Assembly: GCA_902574735.1 (NCBI GenBank)
Contig: CACGOY010000004.1
Span: forward strand, 18,678-82,677
Direction of reading: 5' to 3'
Source: an uncultured Pelagibacteraceae bacterium
Lineage (GTDB): Bacteria; Pseudomonadota; Alphaproteobacteria; Pelagibacterales; Pelagibacteraceae
Length of the DNA: 64,000 nt
This document shows positions 39,347 through 49,384 of the stretch, one piece after another. Both the position numbers and the translations under genes were made by a program. Numbering within the stretch: the stretch's first letter is position 1; every line of letters begins with the position of its first letter. The notes below the pieces were generated by a model, which was not told where the DNA came from, did not search any database, and was given only the letters and a program-made list of their open reading frames with translations.

Positions 39347-40264
39347 TTATTTTAAAACTGAGATTGCATTTATTTTATCGGGACCAACTCCACAACATCC
39401 ACCTATAATTTGAGCTCCATTAGATACCCAATTTTTTGCTTCCTCTAAATATTTAGATGGTGATATATCGTTAATTAATTTCCAATGAGGTTTTTCAAAG
39501 TAACCATTATTTGGATATGCACCTACAATTCCTTTGTGAACTTTTTTTAAAATTTTAACCGCTTCACCCGTAACCTTGATATCTGAATGTGCCACTAAAA
39601 TTGGTCCTTCATGCATTTTACTAAATTTAGATAGGGAATTTTCCAAAGTATCGTAAAACTTTGCTTTCGAATTAGTTATGCTTTCTTGATAGCCGTGCAT
39701 TAATATATTTTCGTCTTCGTTTATTGCGCAAGAAATAGATAGCCAGACAGGTAAATTAATATCTTTTGAACACTCAATAATATTTTCAACTGTTCTATCC
39801 TTTGACGTCATCGCCTCTAAAATAATTAGGTCTACTCCTGCTTCTTTTATAATTTTTAAATGTTCATTAAAACCAGGTTTAATATCCTGTTCTGATAGTT
39901 TATCCCAACTGCCTGAAGTGGAAACTGATCCTGCAACAGCTATTTCTCTATTAGAATGGTTTGCAGCCTTTAAAGCTAATTTTACACTTTCTTCATTCCA
40001 AGTTTTTGTAAATTGATCATATCCGTACTCTTTCATTGATATCGGTGTAATAGCATAGGTATTTGAAGTAATGATATCTGCGCCAGCATTAATATATTTT
40101 TCATGTACTTGAAGCATTTTATCTGGGTAATCTATTGCACATTTACCAGCCCACAGATCTTTATCCATCTTTGCGCCTGAACTTTCTAACTCTCCTCCAT
40201 TTCCACCATCTAAAATAACTACACCATTAGCTTTTAATTTTTTCTCTACAAGATTGTATGACAT
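39347..40264 (-). CDS. Homocysteine S-methyltransferase family protein (second paralogue)
   Basis: ILDGGNGGE, AGADIITSNT, VAGS, GAYPN, IGGCCG. Confidence 0.9.
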   Translation of the reverse strand: MSYNLVEKKLKANGVVILDGGNGGELESSGAKMDKDLWAGKCAIDYPDKMLQVHEKYINAGADIITSNTYAITPISMKEYGYDQFTKTWNEESVKLALKAANHSNREIAVAGSVSTSGSWDKLSEQDIKPGFNEHLKIIKEAGVDLIILEAMTSKDRTVENIIECSKDINLPVWLSISCAINEDENILMHGYQESITNSKAKFYDTLENSLSKFSKMHEGPILVAHSDIKVTGEAVKILKKVHKGIVGAYPNNGYFEKPHWKLINDISPSKYLEEAKNWVSNGAQIIGGCCGVGPDKINAISVLK

Positions 40265-40267
40265 TTA

Positions 40268-40651
40268 TTATTGATTATTTGTAAAAGCGCAGATTTTATT
40301 TCCATCTAAGTCACGAATGTAAGAATAGTAAACTCCAGAACCTTTAGGTCTCTCACCACCAGATCCTTCGCTAGCACCTCCTAACTTAATTCCAACATCA
40401 TGAAACTTGTCAACCAATTCTCTTGAACTTGTTTTAAATGAAATTTGACATCCATTACCAACTGTTGCCTTTTCTTTGTTAAAAGGTTTTGTTACGTAAA
40501 ATTCTATTTTTCCGTTGCTATTTTTTGGAGAATATCCAGCGCACACTTCATCATTTTCAGTTCTTTCTAAATCTAAAACTTCCAACAATTTATCATAAAA
40601 TTTAATTGACTGATCTAAATCATTTGTGCCAACCATAACATAACCAATCAT
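40268..40651 (-). CDS. VOC/glyoxalase family protein
   Basis: MIGYVMVGTND, ATVGNG, Y.RDLDGNK. Confidence 0.88.
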   Translation of the reverse strand: MIGYVMVGTNDLDQSIKFYDKLLEVLDLERTENDEVCAGYSPKNSNGKIEFYVTKPFNKEKATVGNGCQISFKTSSRELVDKFHDVGIKLGGASEGSGGERPKGSGVYYSYIRDLDGNKICAFTNNQ

Positions 40652-40652
40652 A

Positions 40653-42086
40653 TTATTTTGGCCAACCAGTTACAGCTTTAACTTCTAAAAATTCATGTAA
40701 TCCCCAAACACCACCTTCACGTCCATTTCCTGATTGTCTATATCCTCCAAATGGAGCACCAGGATCTGCACCGTTTCCATTTACATAAATTGTTCCTGCC
40801 TTTAGCTTTTTGGCAACTCTTTTAGCTTTTTCTTTATCTTCGGTTTGTAAATAATTACCTAATCCATACTCGGTTTCATTTACAATTTGAATTGCTTCTT
40901 CTTCTGTTTCAAAAGGTATTATAGATAAAACTGGACCAAATATTTCTTCTTTTGCAATACGCATATCATTTGTTACATCGGTAAAAATAGTTGGTTTAAT
41001 AAAATAGCCTTTGTTCATTCCGTTAGGTAATTCCGGTCCACCTGCTGCAAGAGTTGCTCCTTCGTCAATTCCACTCTGAATAAGGCTTATTATTTTATTG
41101 TATTGAATTTTAGAGACAACAGGACCTATATGATCTCCTTTTTTTGAAGCATGGTCGACCTTTATCAAATTTGCTTCTTCGACAGCCTCTTTAACAGCTC
41201 TTTCATATATTGATTTTTCAACGAGCATTCGAGTCGGTGCATCACAGGACTGACCTGAATTACTCATTACGTTTCTGATACCATCTCGTACAGCGTTAGG
41301 GTAGGAGTCTGCAAAAACAATATTCCCACCTTTTCCACCTAATTCCAGGCACACCCTTTTGATTGTATCAGCTCCATTTTTTAAAATTAATTTACCTGCT
41401 CTTGTTGATCCTGTGAAAGATACTAAATCAATATCAGGATGAGATGAAATATCTGTACCAACGCCAGCGCCATCACCATTCACTAGATTAAATACACCAG
41501 CTGGAAAACCTGCTTCATCAATCATCTCCGCAAACAACATTGCTGACATTGGAGCTATCTCCGATGGTTTATGAATCATTGTACAACCTGTTGCAAAGGC
41601 TGGAACAACTTTTAAAGCTATTTGATTTATTGGCCAGTTCCATGGAGTAATTAATCCACAAACTCCAATTGGTTCATAACAAATATGATTATTAGAATTT
41701 GGCTCAAATTGCTCATCAAACTTAAATTCTTTTAGTCTTTTTATAAAATCTTCAAGATGAGATTGTCCACTTGATGTTTGAACGTCTGTTGCCCAATCCA
41801 TTGGGGCTCCCATTTCCATAGATATAGCATCAGCCATCTCTCCATATCTTTTTTTATAAATAGAAAGTAATTTTTCTAATAAATTTAATCTTTCATCCTT
41901 TGAACTTTCGCTCCATCTAACCAAAGCTTTTTTGGCTGCTGAGACTGCAGCATTAGTATCTTCCGTTGATCCTAATGATATAGTTGCAAATGCTTCTTCT
42001 GTTGAAGGATTAATTACCTCATAATCATTTGGTTTACTTGGTGAAACCCATTGACCGTTAATATAAAATTTTCTTTTATCTATCAT
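40653..42086 (-). CDS. Aldehyde dehydrogenase
   Basis: ITPWNWP, FTGST, LELGGK, GQSC, EEIFGPV. Confidence 0.95.
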   Translation of the reverse strand: MIDKRKFYINGQWVSPSKPNDYEVINPSTEEAFATISLGSTEDTNAAVSAAKKALVRWSESSKDERLNLLEKLLSIYKKRYGEMADAISMEMGAPMDWATDVQTSSGQSHLEDFIKRLKEFKFDEQFEPNSNNHICYEPIGVCGLITPWNWPINQIALKVVPAFATGCTMIHKPSEIAPMSAMLFAEMIDEAGFPAGVFNLVNGDGAGVGTDISSHPDIDLVSFTGSTRAGKLILKNGADTIKRVCLELGGKGGNIVFADSYPNAVRDGIRNVMSNSGQSCDAPTRMLVEKSIYERAVKEAVEEANLIKVDHASKKGDHIGPVVSKIQYNKIISLIQSGIDEGATLAAGGPELPNGMNKGYFIKPTIFTDVTNDMRIAKEEIFGPVLSIIPFETEEEAIQIVNETEYGLGNYLQTEDKEKAKRVAKKLKAGTIYVNGNGADPGAPFGGYRQSGNGREGGVWGLHEFLEVKAVTGWPK

Positions 42087-42108
42087 AATTATATAGCTTA
42101 TATATTAG

Positions 42109-43251
42109 TTAACTAAATTCTTTAAGTATTTTATCTCGGTGTTCATCAAGATCTGGAATATCTCCTCTTGTTTTTTCATCTTTGTATGTAGACATTTTTA
42201 TAGGGTTTCCTGCAGATTTAAACTCTCCAATTTTCTTATGAAAAGATTTTACAATCATATTTCTCTCTTTAATTTGTGGATTTTCTACAGCTTGCTTAAT
42301 ATTAAAAATTGGACCGCATGGTATTTTTAAATTTTCCATAACTTTTATCCATTCATCTGTATTTTTATGCTTAAGTTTATTCTCAATAATTAATTTTAGT
42401 TTATCAATATTCTGTGATCTTAAAGAGTTTGTTTTATACATGTCATCAGTTGCAATATTAGGTATTTCAAGAACTTCGCATAAGCTTTTAAATAATTTGT
42501 CGTTACCAGCTGCAATAATCAAAAAACTGTCCTTTGTTTTAAAAGCTTCAAAAGGAGCAATGGATGGATGTCTCGAACCCATTGGTTCAGGGATTTCGTT
42601 TTTTGAAAGATATCTAGCAATAGCATTTTCTAAAATTGCTATTTGACAATCTAGCATTGATACATCAATGAAAGCACCTTTACCTGTTTTTTGCCTATCA
42701 TACAAAGCTGCATTAATACCAATTGCAGTAAATAAACCAGCTGTAATATCCCCGATAGACGTTCCAACTCTTGTTGGTTCTGAATTTGGATGTCCAGTAA
42801 CACTCATTAATCCACCCATACCTTGAACAACCATGTCATATGCGGGCAATTCTTTAAGCGGACCTGTTTGACCAAAACCTGAAGCTGACGCATAAATTAA
42901 TTTAGGATATTTTTTACTTACTTCATTCCAACCAAATCCCCATTTTTCTAAAGTGCCTGGTTTAAAATTTTCAACTAATATGTCTGCTTTTGCCAAAATT
43001 TTCTCAAATATTTTTTTGTCATTTTCATTTTTTAAATTAAGAGCGATACTTTCTTTTCCTCTATTCAATGACATAAAATATGCAGAGTAATCATCAATGA
43101 AAGGACCAAATCCTCTCGAGTCATCTCCAATTTCAGGAGCTTCAATTTTAATTACTCTCGCTCCAAGATCAGATAAAATCATTGTACAGTAAGGACCTAC
43201 CAAAACCCTTGTTAAATCAACAACTAATAAATTTTTTAATGGACCATTCAT
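42109..43251 (-). CDS. CaiB/BaiF class III CoA-transferase (YfdE/UctC-like)
   Basis: DLTRVLVGP, GDDSR.FGP, NRGKES, ENFKPG, GDITAG (catalytic Asp), G.RHPSIAPF. Confidence 0.9.
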   Translation of the reverse strand: MNGPLKNLLVVDLTRVLVGPYCTMILSDLGARVIKIEAPEIGDDSRGFGPFIDDYSAYFMSLNRGKESIALNLKNENDKKIFEKILAKADILVENFKPGTLEKWGFGWNEVSKKYPKLIYASASGFGQTGPLKELPAYDMVVQGMGGLMSVTGHPNSEPTRVGTSIGDITAGLFTAIGINAALYDRQKTGKGAFIDVSMLDCQIAILENAIARYLSKNEIPEPMGSRHPSIAPFEAFKTKDSFLIIAAGNDKLFKSLCEVLEIPNIATDDMYKTNSLRSQNIDKLKLIIENKLKHKNTDEWIKVMENLKIPCGPIFNIKQAVENPQIKERNMIVKSFHKKIGEFKSAGNPIKMSTYKDEKTRGDIPDLDEHRDKILKEFS

Positions 43252-43277
43252 AATAAATATAATGACATATGGTTATA

Positions 43278-43306
43278 TTGACTCTTATTAAGAAGTTCAA
43301 TTTAAT
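43278..43306 (+). promoter_or_regulatory. Sigma70-type promoter of the TRAP operon
   Basis: TTGACT-17 bp-TTTAAT; RBS GAGGAG before the ATG at 43337. Confidence 0.6.
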
Positions 43307-43336
43307 ATCATTTTAAACTAATGAGGAGAAAATAAC

Positions 43337-44347
43337 ATGTTAAGAAAATTATCTTTAATTTTCACTTCAGTAATTTTAACTTTTTCTTTAATCGGATCTG
43401 CTTTAGCAGTAACTCTTAAAGCTAGCCACCAATGGCCTGGCACACAAAGAGCAGATGGTTCATACGATCCAAGACATGAAATGGTTCAAATTATTGCAGA
43501 TGAGGTTAAAAAAGCTAATGTTGATTTAGATATAAGAATTTATCCTGCTAAATCACTTTATAAACCAAAAGAGCAATGGAAGCCTATGACAACTGGTCAG
43601 TTAGATATTTCAGCTTTCCCTTTAGCATATGCTTCTAAATTCCATCCAGAATTTGATGCAACACTTATGCCTGGCACTGTAAAAAATCACGACCATGCAT
43701 TAAGATTTAATAAAGGTCCAATGATGACCGAAATTAAAAAAATAATCAATGACGCTGGAGTAGTAGTTCTTTCAGATGCATGGTTAGGTGGTGGATTTGC
43801 ATCTAAAACTAAATGTATCAAAAACCCAAGCGATGCAAAAGGACAAGTAATGAGAGCTGCAGGAAAAGCATTTAACCAAATGTTAGAAGCAGCAGGAGCA
43901 GGTATTCAGAGTATGCCATCATCAGAAATTTACACTGGTCTTCAAACAGGTGTATTAACTGGTGCTAACACTAGTTCAGGAAGTTTTGTAAGTTACAAAA
44001 TTTATGAACAGGTCTCATGCGCAACACCTCCAGGAAAATTTGGTCTATGGTTTATGTATGAACCAATTTTGATGTCAAAGAAAAGTTTTGATGCATTAAA
44101 TTCAAAACAACAAGATGCTCTTATGAAAGCTGGTAAAGTTGCTGAAAAATATATGACTGCACAAGTTGAAAATTTAGATAAAAAATTTGAAGATGCTTAT
44201 AAAGCAGCAGGTGTTAAGTTAGTATATATGGATGAAAAAGATCATGCAGCATGGGTAGAGATTGCAAAACAATCTTCTCATAAAGCATTTGCTGAGAAAG
44301 TTCCAGGTGGTGATAAGTTAATGGAAATGGCTTTAGCAGTTAAATAA
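43337..44347 (+). CDS. dctP: TRAP substrate-binding protein DctP (MatP malonate-type)
   Basis: Signal peptide; ASHQWPG, EMVQII, FPLAYAS..HPEF.ATLMPG; conserved carboxylate-binding Arg (MRAAG). Confidence 0.88.
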   Translation: MLRKLSLIFTSVILTFSLIGSALAVTLKASHQWPGTQRADGSYDPRHEMVQIIADEVKKANVDLDIRIYPAKSLYKPKEQWKPMTTGQLDISAFPLAYASKFHPEFDATLMPGTVKNHDHALRFNKGPMMTEIKKIINDAGVVVLSDAWLGGGFASKTKCIKNPSDAKGQVMRAAGKAFNQMLEAAGAGIQSMPSSEIYTGLQTGVLTGANTSSGSFVSYKIYEQVSCATPPGKFGLWFMYEPILMSKKSFDALNSKQQDALMKAGKVAEKYMTAQVENLDKKFEDAYKAAGVKLVYMDEKDHAAWVEIAKQSSHKAFAEKVPGGDKLMEMALAVK

Positions 44348-44357
44348 ACTGGTATAT

Positions 44358-44397
44358 AAAGAACCCCTATTTATTGAATGTAAGTAGGGGTTTTTTT
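44358..44397 (+). terminator. Terminator-like hairpin between dctP and dctQ
   Basis: aaagaacccctattta...taagtaggggttttttt; ends immediately before ATG 44398. Confidence 0.75.
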
Positions 44398-44892
44398 ATG
44401 AAAAATAAATATTTAAAATTCTGCGATAATATTGCCAAAGCTTGTGGAGCTTTTGCTGTATTAGCTTTACTTTTATCAATCCTTGTTATTGTAGAACTAG
44501 TTTTTGAAAGATATTTCTTCCAAAGAGCAATTACTTGGCAAACAGAGTTAGTTACCATGCTTCTAGTAGCATCTACATTTATTGGAAGTGCTTATGTATT
44601 AAGTGAAAAAGCGCATGTGAGCATGGAATGGATTTATGATTTTTTATCAAAGAAAAATATTTTAAGACTCAAAATTTTTACATCTTTAGTAAGTTTATTA
44701 TTTTTCTTAATTTTATTTTATTTTGGATTTTTAATGGTAGAGGAAGCTTTTACAAAAAATTATTCTACAGGAACTGTATGGGATCCACCTCTTTGGATTC
44801 CTTATTCTTCAATGATGATAGGTGCTGCGTTGATGATATTGCAATATATTGCAGAAATAATAAAACTTAACGACGAACAGGATAGTAATTAA
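44398..44892 (+). CDS. dctQ: TRAP small permease
   Basis: 4 TM; W..E...HVSME, PLWIPY; start more likely ATG 44398 than the track's 44374. Confidence 0.88.
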   Translation: MKNKYLKFCDNIAKACGAFAVLALLLSILVIVELVFERYFFQRAITWQTELVTMLLVASTFIGSAYVLSEKAHVSMEWIYDFLSKKNILRLKIFTSLVSLLFFLILFYFGFLMVEEAFTKNYSTGTVWDPPLWIPYSSMMIGAALMILQYIAEIIKLNDEQDSN

Positions 44893-46223
44893 TGGATCCT
44901 TTATTAATTGCAGTGATAGTTGCTGTTTTTACGCTTATCGTTTTATTTTCTGGAATACCTATAGCTTTTGGTTTGAGCTTTGTATCGATTGCTCTATTAG
45001 TTGCTTTTGAAGGTTTTCAAATGTTAGATGTATTTGCAGAGACCTTTTATGCAGGTTTGAATTCTTTTGTGCTTCTTTCAATTCCAATGTTTATTTTAAT
45101 GGGAATGGCTGTAGCCAATTCACCAGCGGGAAAAGATTTATATACAGGGTTGGATAGATGGCTTTGGCGAGTACCTGGTGGCTTAGTCATTTCAAATATT
45201 GGTGCTTGTTCAATTTTTGCAGCTTTAAGCGGTTCAAGTCCAGCAACGTGTGCCGCAATAGGTACTATGGGGATCCCAGAAATGAGAAAAAGGGGATATT
45301 CTGATCAAATTGCAACTGGAACAATTGCTGCTGGGGGGACACTTGGAGTTTTAATTCCTCCAAGCATTGTTTTAATTGTTTATGGAATAGCAACAGGAAC
45401 ATCAATAGGAAGATTATTTCTTTGTGGGTTAGTTCCAGGTTTTATGCTGGCAGGTATGTTTGCTATTTGGGCACTTATACATAGTTATTTTATAGATAAA
45501 GATTCAGCAAAAGCTTTAAGCAATCGTAAAAGACCTACATTAAAAGAAAAGCTTGAAGTATTACCGAGGATCTTACCATTTTTAGCAATTATAGCTGGCG
45601 TTCTTTATGTGTTATATGGTGGTGTTGCAACACCATCTGAAGCATCAGGTGTTGGGGCATTTTTAGTTTTTGTATTAATAGCAGTAGTTTACAAAATTTA
45701 TCAGCCAAAAAAAATATGGAACATTGTTAAAGTTTCCATGAAAGAAAGTGTAATGATAATGTTTATCATTGCAGCTTCATATCTTTTTGCATTTACACTT
45801 TCACAATTGTACGTAACTCAGTCTTTGGCTCAAAGCATGGTAGATATAAGCTCAAACAAATGGGTTGTGTTTATATTAATAAATATTTTTCTTTTAATAG
45901 CTGGTTTCTTCTTGCCACCTGTAGCTGTAATCGTAATGACTTCTGCTATATTATTACCTGTAATTACTACTTTAGGTTTTGATCCTTATTGGTTTGCAAT
46001 TGTATTTACAATAAACATGGAAATAGGATTAATAACCCCACCCGTCGGATTAAATCTTTATATTATAAAAGGAATTACCCCAGATGTTAGTTTGTCAGAA
46101 ATTTTAAAAGGCTCTATACCGTTTATGATTATAATGGCTTTAGCCATATTAATTTTATGTATTTTTCCTGAAATCGTGACATGGCTACCTGATAAAATAA
46201 TGGGTAAACCTCTTGGATACTAG
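44892..46223 (+). CDS. dctM: TRAP large permease
   Basis: SIPMFILMG, SGSSPAT, GTLGVLIPPS, GLITPPVGLNL. Confidence 0.93.
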   Translation: MDPLLIAVIVAVFTLIVLFSGIPIAFGLSFVSIALLVAFEGFQMLDVFAETFYAGLNSFVLLSIPMFILMGMAVANSPAGKDLYTGLDRWLWRVPGGLVISNIGACSIFAALSGSSPATCAAIGTMGIPEMRKRGYSDQIATGTIAAGGTLGVLIPPSIVLIVYGIATGTSIGRLFLCGLVPGFMLAGMFAIWALIHSYFIDKDSAKALSNRKRPTLKEKLEVLPRILPFLAIIAGVLYVLYGGVATPSEASGVGAFLVFVLIAVVYKIYQPKKIWNIVKVSMKESVMIMFIIAASYLFAFTLSQLYVTQSLAQSMVDISSNKWVVFILINIFLLIAGFFLPPVAVIVMTSAILLPVITTLGFDPYWFAIVFTINMEIGLITPPVGLNLYIIKGITPDVSLSEILKGSIPFMIIMALAILILCIFPEIVTWLPDKIMGKPLGY

Positions 46224-47217
46224 AAATAAAATAAATCGTAAAATTTCTGTTGCACCGATGATGGATTGCACTGATCGTCATGATCGTTACTTTTTGAGAT
46301 TAATGAGCAAGAATGTGATGCTTTATAGTGAAATGGTTGCAACTAAATCTGCAATTCACGGAGACAGAAAAAAAATTTTATCATTTAGTCCTGAAGAGAA
46401 ACCACTTGCGTTACAGGTTGGTGGTTCAAATAAAGAGGAATTATCAGAAGTTGCAAAAATAGCTGAAGATATGGGTTATGACGAAATTAATATAAACTTA
46501 GGTTGCCCAAGCAAAAAGGTTCAAAAAAATAAATTTGGTGCATGTTTAATGAAAGAACCTGAACTCGTTGCTGAATGCATAAATTCGATGGTTAATTCAT
46601 GCAAAATACCTGTAACTGCTAAAACTAGAATTGGTTTTGATGATGTTGAAAGTTTTGAATATTTGAACAATTTTATAAATAAAATGCACAACGCAGGGAC
46701 AAAAACATTTATTTTGCATGCAAGAAAGGCGATGCTCACTGGCTTATCACCAAAACAAAATTTAAATATACCTAAACTCAACTACAATATGGTTTATGAA
46801 ATTAAAAAAGAAAATCCAAATTTAGAAATTATAATAAATGGTGGCATTTCTAAAATTGAAGAAATCAAAAACCATATTTCTAAATGTGATGGAGTTATGA
46901 TTGGAAGATCAATTTATCAAAATCCTTATTCATTAGTTGATATAGAAAAAAACATATTCAATACAGAAATTATTCCAACAAGAGAACAAGTTGTAGAGAA
47001 ACTTTTAGATTATGTTGATAAGGAGGTAAAGTTAGGAACTAAAGTAAATCATATAATGAGGCATACAGTTGGTTTATATCATGGCCAAGCTGGATCTAAA
47101 AACTGGAAAAGATATTTGAGTGATAATATGATGGCCCGCGACTCTGATTTTCAAAAAGCAAAGCATATTATGAGCATTGTCCAAAATAATGAAAAAGCAA
47201 TTCAAGCCAACTCATAA
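46213..47217 (+). CDS. dusA: tRNA dihydrouridine(20/20a) synthase
   Basis: SVAPMMDCTDRH, NINLGCPS, HARKA.L.GLSPKQN, NGG. Confidence 0.93.
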   Translation: MDTRNKINRKISVAPMMDCTDRHDRYFLRLMSKNVMLYSEMVATKSAIHGDRKKILSFSPEEKPLALQVGGSNKEELSEVAKIAEDMGYDEININLGCPSKKVQKNKFGACLMKEPELVAECINSMVNSCKIPVTAKTRIGFDDVESFEYLNNFINKMHNAGTKTFILHARKAMLTGLSPKQNLNIPKLNYNMVYEIKKENPNLEIIINGGISKIEEIKNHISKCDGVMIGRSIYQNPYSLVDIEKNIFNTEIIPTREQVVEKLLDYVDKEVKLGTKVNHIMRHTVGLYHGQAGSKNWKRYLSDNMMARDSDFQKAKHIMSIVQNNEKAIQANS

Positions 47218-48053
47218 TGGATGTTTTAAATTTTGGTGAAATTGTAAATTTATTTTTGGTACTATCTATAGCCGCATCTGTTGCAGGGTTTATGGCAGGT
47301 TTATTAGGAGTTGGTGGTGGCATAATAATGGTGCCTGCTTTATATTATGCATTTACTGTCTTAGACTTTGATATTGCAACCAGAATGCATATTTCTGTTG
47401 GAACATCTCTAGCTATAATAGTTCCTACTTCAATAATATCAGCCAAAACACATATGGAACACAAAGCTGTTGATGTAAATTTAGTAAAGTCTTTTGGAAT
47501 TTTTATAGTTCTTGGCGTAATTGGAGGAACTTTTTTAGCAGTTAATTTAAGAACATCCGATTTTATTTTATTTTTCTCTATAATGGCATTTATAGTTGGA
47601 TTATTTTTTATATTTTTTAGAGATAAATTTTTAGAAAATCCAAAAAAAATAAAAGACTCAATTAAAAATATTTCAGGAGTAGCAGTTGGTTTTATTTCAG
47701 TCTTGCTGGGTATAGGCGGTGGATCCCTAATGGTACCATTTATGAGAACTTTTGGATACGACATTAGAAAATCAATTGGAACAGCTTCAGCAATTGGTAT
47801 TTTGATTGCAATTAGCGGGACAATTACAATGATAACAGGAGGAGAAATTATCAATAATATAAGTACGCCTTACACTATTGGTTACATAAATTTATTTGGA
47901 TTTATTGTTTTTGTGCCTGTGACGATGTTAATGGCAAGAATAGGAGCAAAAGCAGTATATAAAATAGACAAAAAGTTATTAAGTAAAATTTTTGGATCTT
48001 TTCTAATTATTGTATCTATAAGATCTTTTATTGAATATTTAAAAATAAGTTAA
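47217..48053 (+). CDS. TauE/SafE family membrane protein
   Basis: AGLLGVGGG..VP, GTSLA, LGIGGG. Confidence 0.88.
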   Translation: MDVLNFGEIVNLFLVLSIAASVAGFMAGLLGVGGGIIMVPALYYAFTVLDFDIATRMHISVGTSLAIIVPTSIISAKTHMEHKAVDVNLVKSFGIFIVLGVIGGTFLAVNLRTSDFILFFSIMAFIVGLFFIFFRDKFLENPKKIKDSIKNISGVAVGFISVLLGIGGGSLMVPFMRTFGYDIRKSIGTASAIGILIAISGTITMITGGEIINNISTPYTIGYINLFGFIVFVPVTMLMARIGAKAVYKIDKKLLSKIFGSFLIIVSIRSFIEYLKIS

Positions 48054-48074
48054 AAAATAGTAAATCATTTAAAT

Positions 48075-49382
48075 ATGTTTAATTTAAAGGAAATAATTTC
48101 GTCAATAGCTGATGTTGGCCAAAAATTATTTAAAAAAAAAGAGCTTAAAAAAAATGATATTGATACAATCCTTTCACTTTGTGGTGATTTATTGTCTACG
48201 AAGGGTGCTGCATTTGGTATTACAGTAGCAAGAGATATTACAGACTTATACTCTAGTCTTTCAATTGAAAACAAACTTCTATTTTTTAAAAAGATAAATG
48301 AAAAGTATAAACCCAGCCACACAGAAGTTTCCAAAGCAATTGAAGAATATCAAAGAACGCAAAATGACAAAAATTTATATAACCTATCTATTACATCCGA
48401 GGGAAAGAGAAGAGAATTATTTAAAAGAATAAATATGTCTCCAAATGGAATATCAACAATTGTTTCTTTAAGAGAAGATTTGTTGAAAATTATATATAAA
48501 AATAAGGATCTAATTCCTTTAGATGATGATTTGAGAGAATTATTTAAGTCATGGTTTAATCCGGGGTTTTTAAAACTTGAAAAAATTACCTGGGATACAA
48601 AAGCTGCGGTATTAGAAAAAATAATGAAATATGAAAGAGTTCATGAGATTAAAGATATGGATGAACTAAAACGAAGATTAGGAGAAGACAGAAGATTTTT
48701 TGCATATTTCCATCCGGCTCTAGAAGATGAGCCGATTATTTTTGTTCAAGTTGCTTTAACTAATGGATTAGGGAAATCAATTCAGGAAATAACAAAACCT
48801 AGAACTGATGGTGATAAAAATTATGATACTGCAACATTTTACTCGATAAGCAATTGCCAAGATGGATTATCAAGAGTAACTTTAGGAAATTTTTTAATTA
48901 AAAGAGTTGTCTTTGAAATACAAGAAGAACTTCCAAATATAAAGAATTTTGGAACATTATCACCAATACCAGGTTTTAGAGATTGGTTTGTTAACTTGGA
49001 TGAAAAATTGGTAAAAAATATTTTGGGAAATATTCCTTTAGAAAATATATCTTTTTTAAAATCTTCTAGTTTAAAAATAGGCGACACGAGAATAATATCA
49101 AATAAGAATGCTATATATAAATTGGTTGCTCATTATTTAATGAATGAGAAAAACTCAAAACAATTGCCTATCAACGATGTTTGTAGATTTCATCTTGGAA
49201 ATGGAGCAATAATCGATGATATAGTAATTAATGCAAATATATCAGAAGTAGGTTTTAAACGATCATTTGGTGTTATGGTGAATTATTTATATGAACTTAA
49301 AAATATTGAAAAAAATCATGAGGAATATATTAACAAAAAAACAACTATAATATCAAATAAAGTGAAAAAACTAATTCAATAA
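48075..49382 (+). CDS. Malonyl-CoA decarboxylase (MatA-like)
   Basis: SWFNPGFL, YE.VH, FYSISNCQ.GL, GNFLIKRV, TLSPIPGF, RFHLGNGA. Confidence 0.92.
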   Translation: MFNLKEIISSIADVGQKLFKKKELKKNDIDTILSLCGDLLSTKGAAFGITVARDITDLYSSLSIENKLLFFKKINEKYKPSHTEVSKAIEEYQRTQNDKNLYNLSITSEGKRRELFKRINMSPNGISTIVSLREDLLKIIYKNKDLIPLDDDLRELFKSWFNPGFLKLEKITWDTKAAVLEKIMKYERVHEIKDMDELKRRLGEDRRFFAYFHPALEDEPIIFVQVALTNGLGKSIQEITKPRTDGDKNYDTATFYSISNCQDGLSRVTLGNFLIKRVVFEIQEELPNIKNFGTLSPIPGFRDWFVNLDEKLVKNILGNIPLENISFLKSSSLKIGDTRIISNKNAIYKLVAHYLMNEKNSKQLPINDVCRFHLGNGAIIDDIVINANISEVGFKRSFGVMVNYLYELKNIEKNHEEYINKKTTIISNKVKKLIQ

Positions 49383-49384
49383 AT

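Noticed and set aside
46213-46300. dusA-associated integrative element
   Set aside because: No integrase or duplicated dusA 5' segment seen; dusA overlaps dctM
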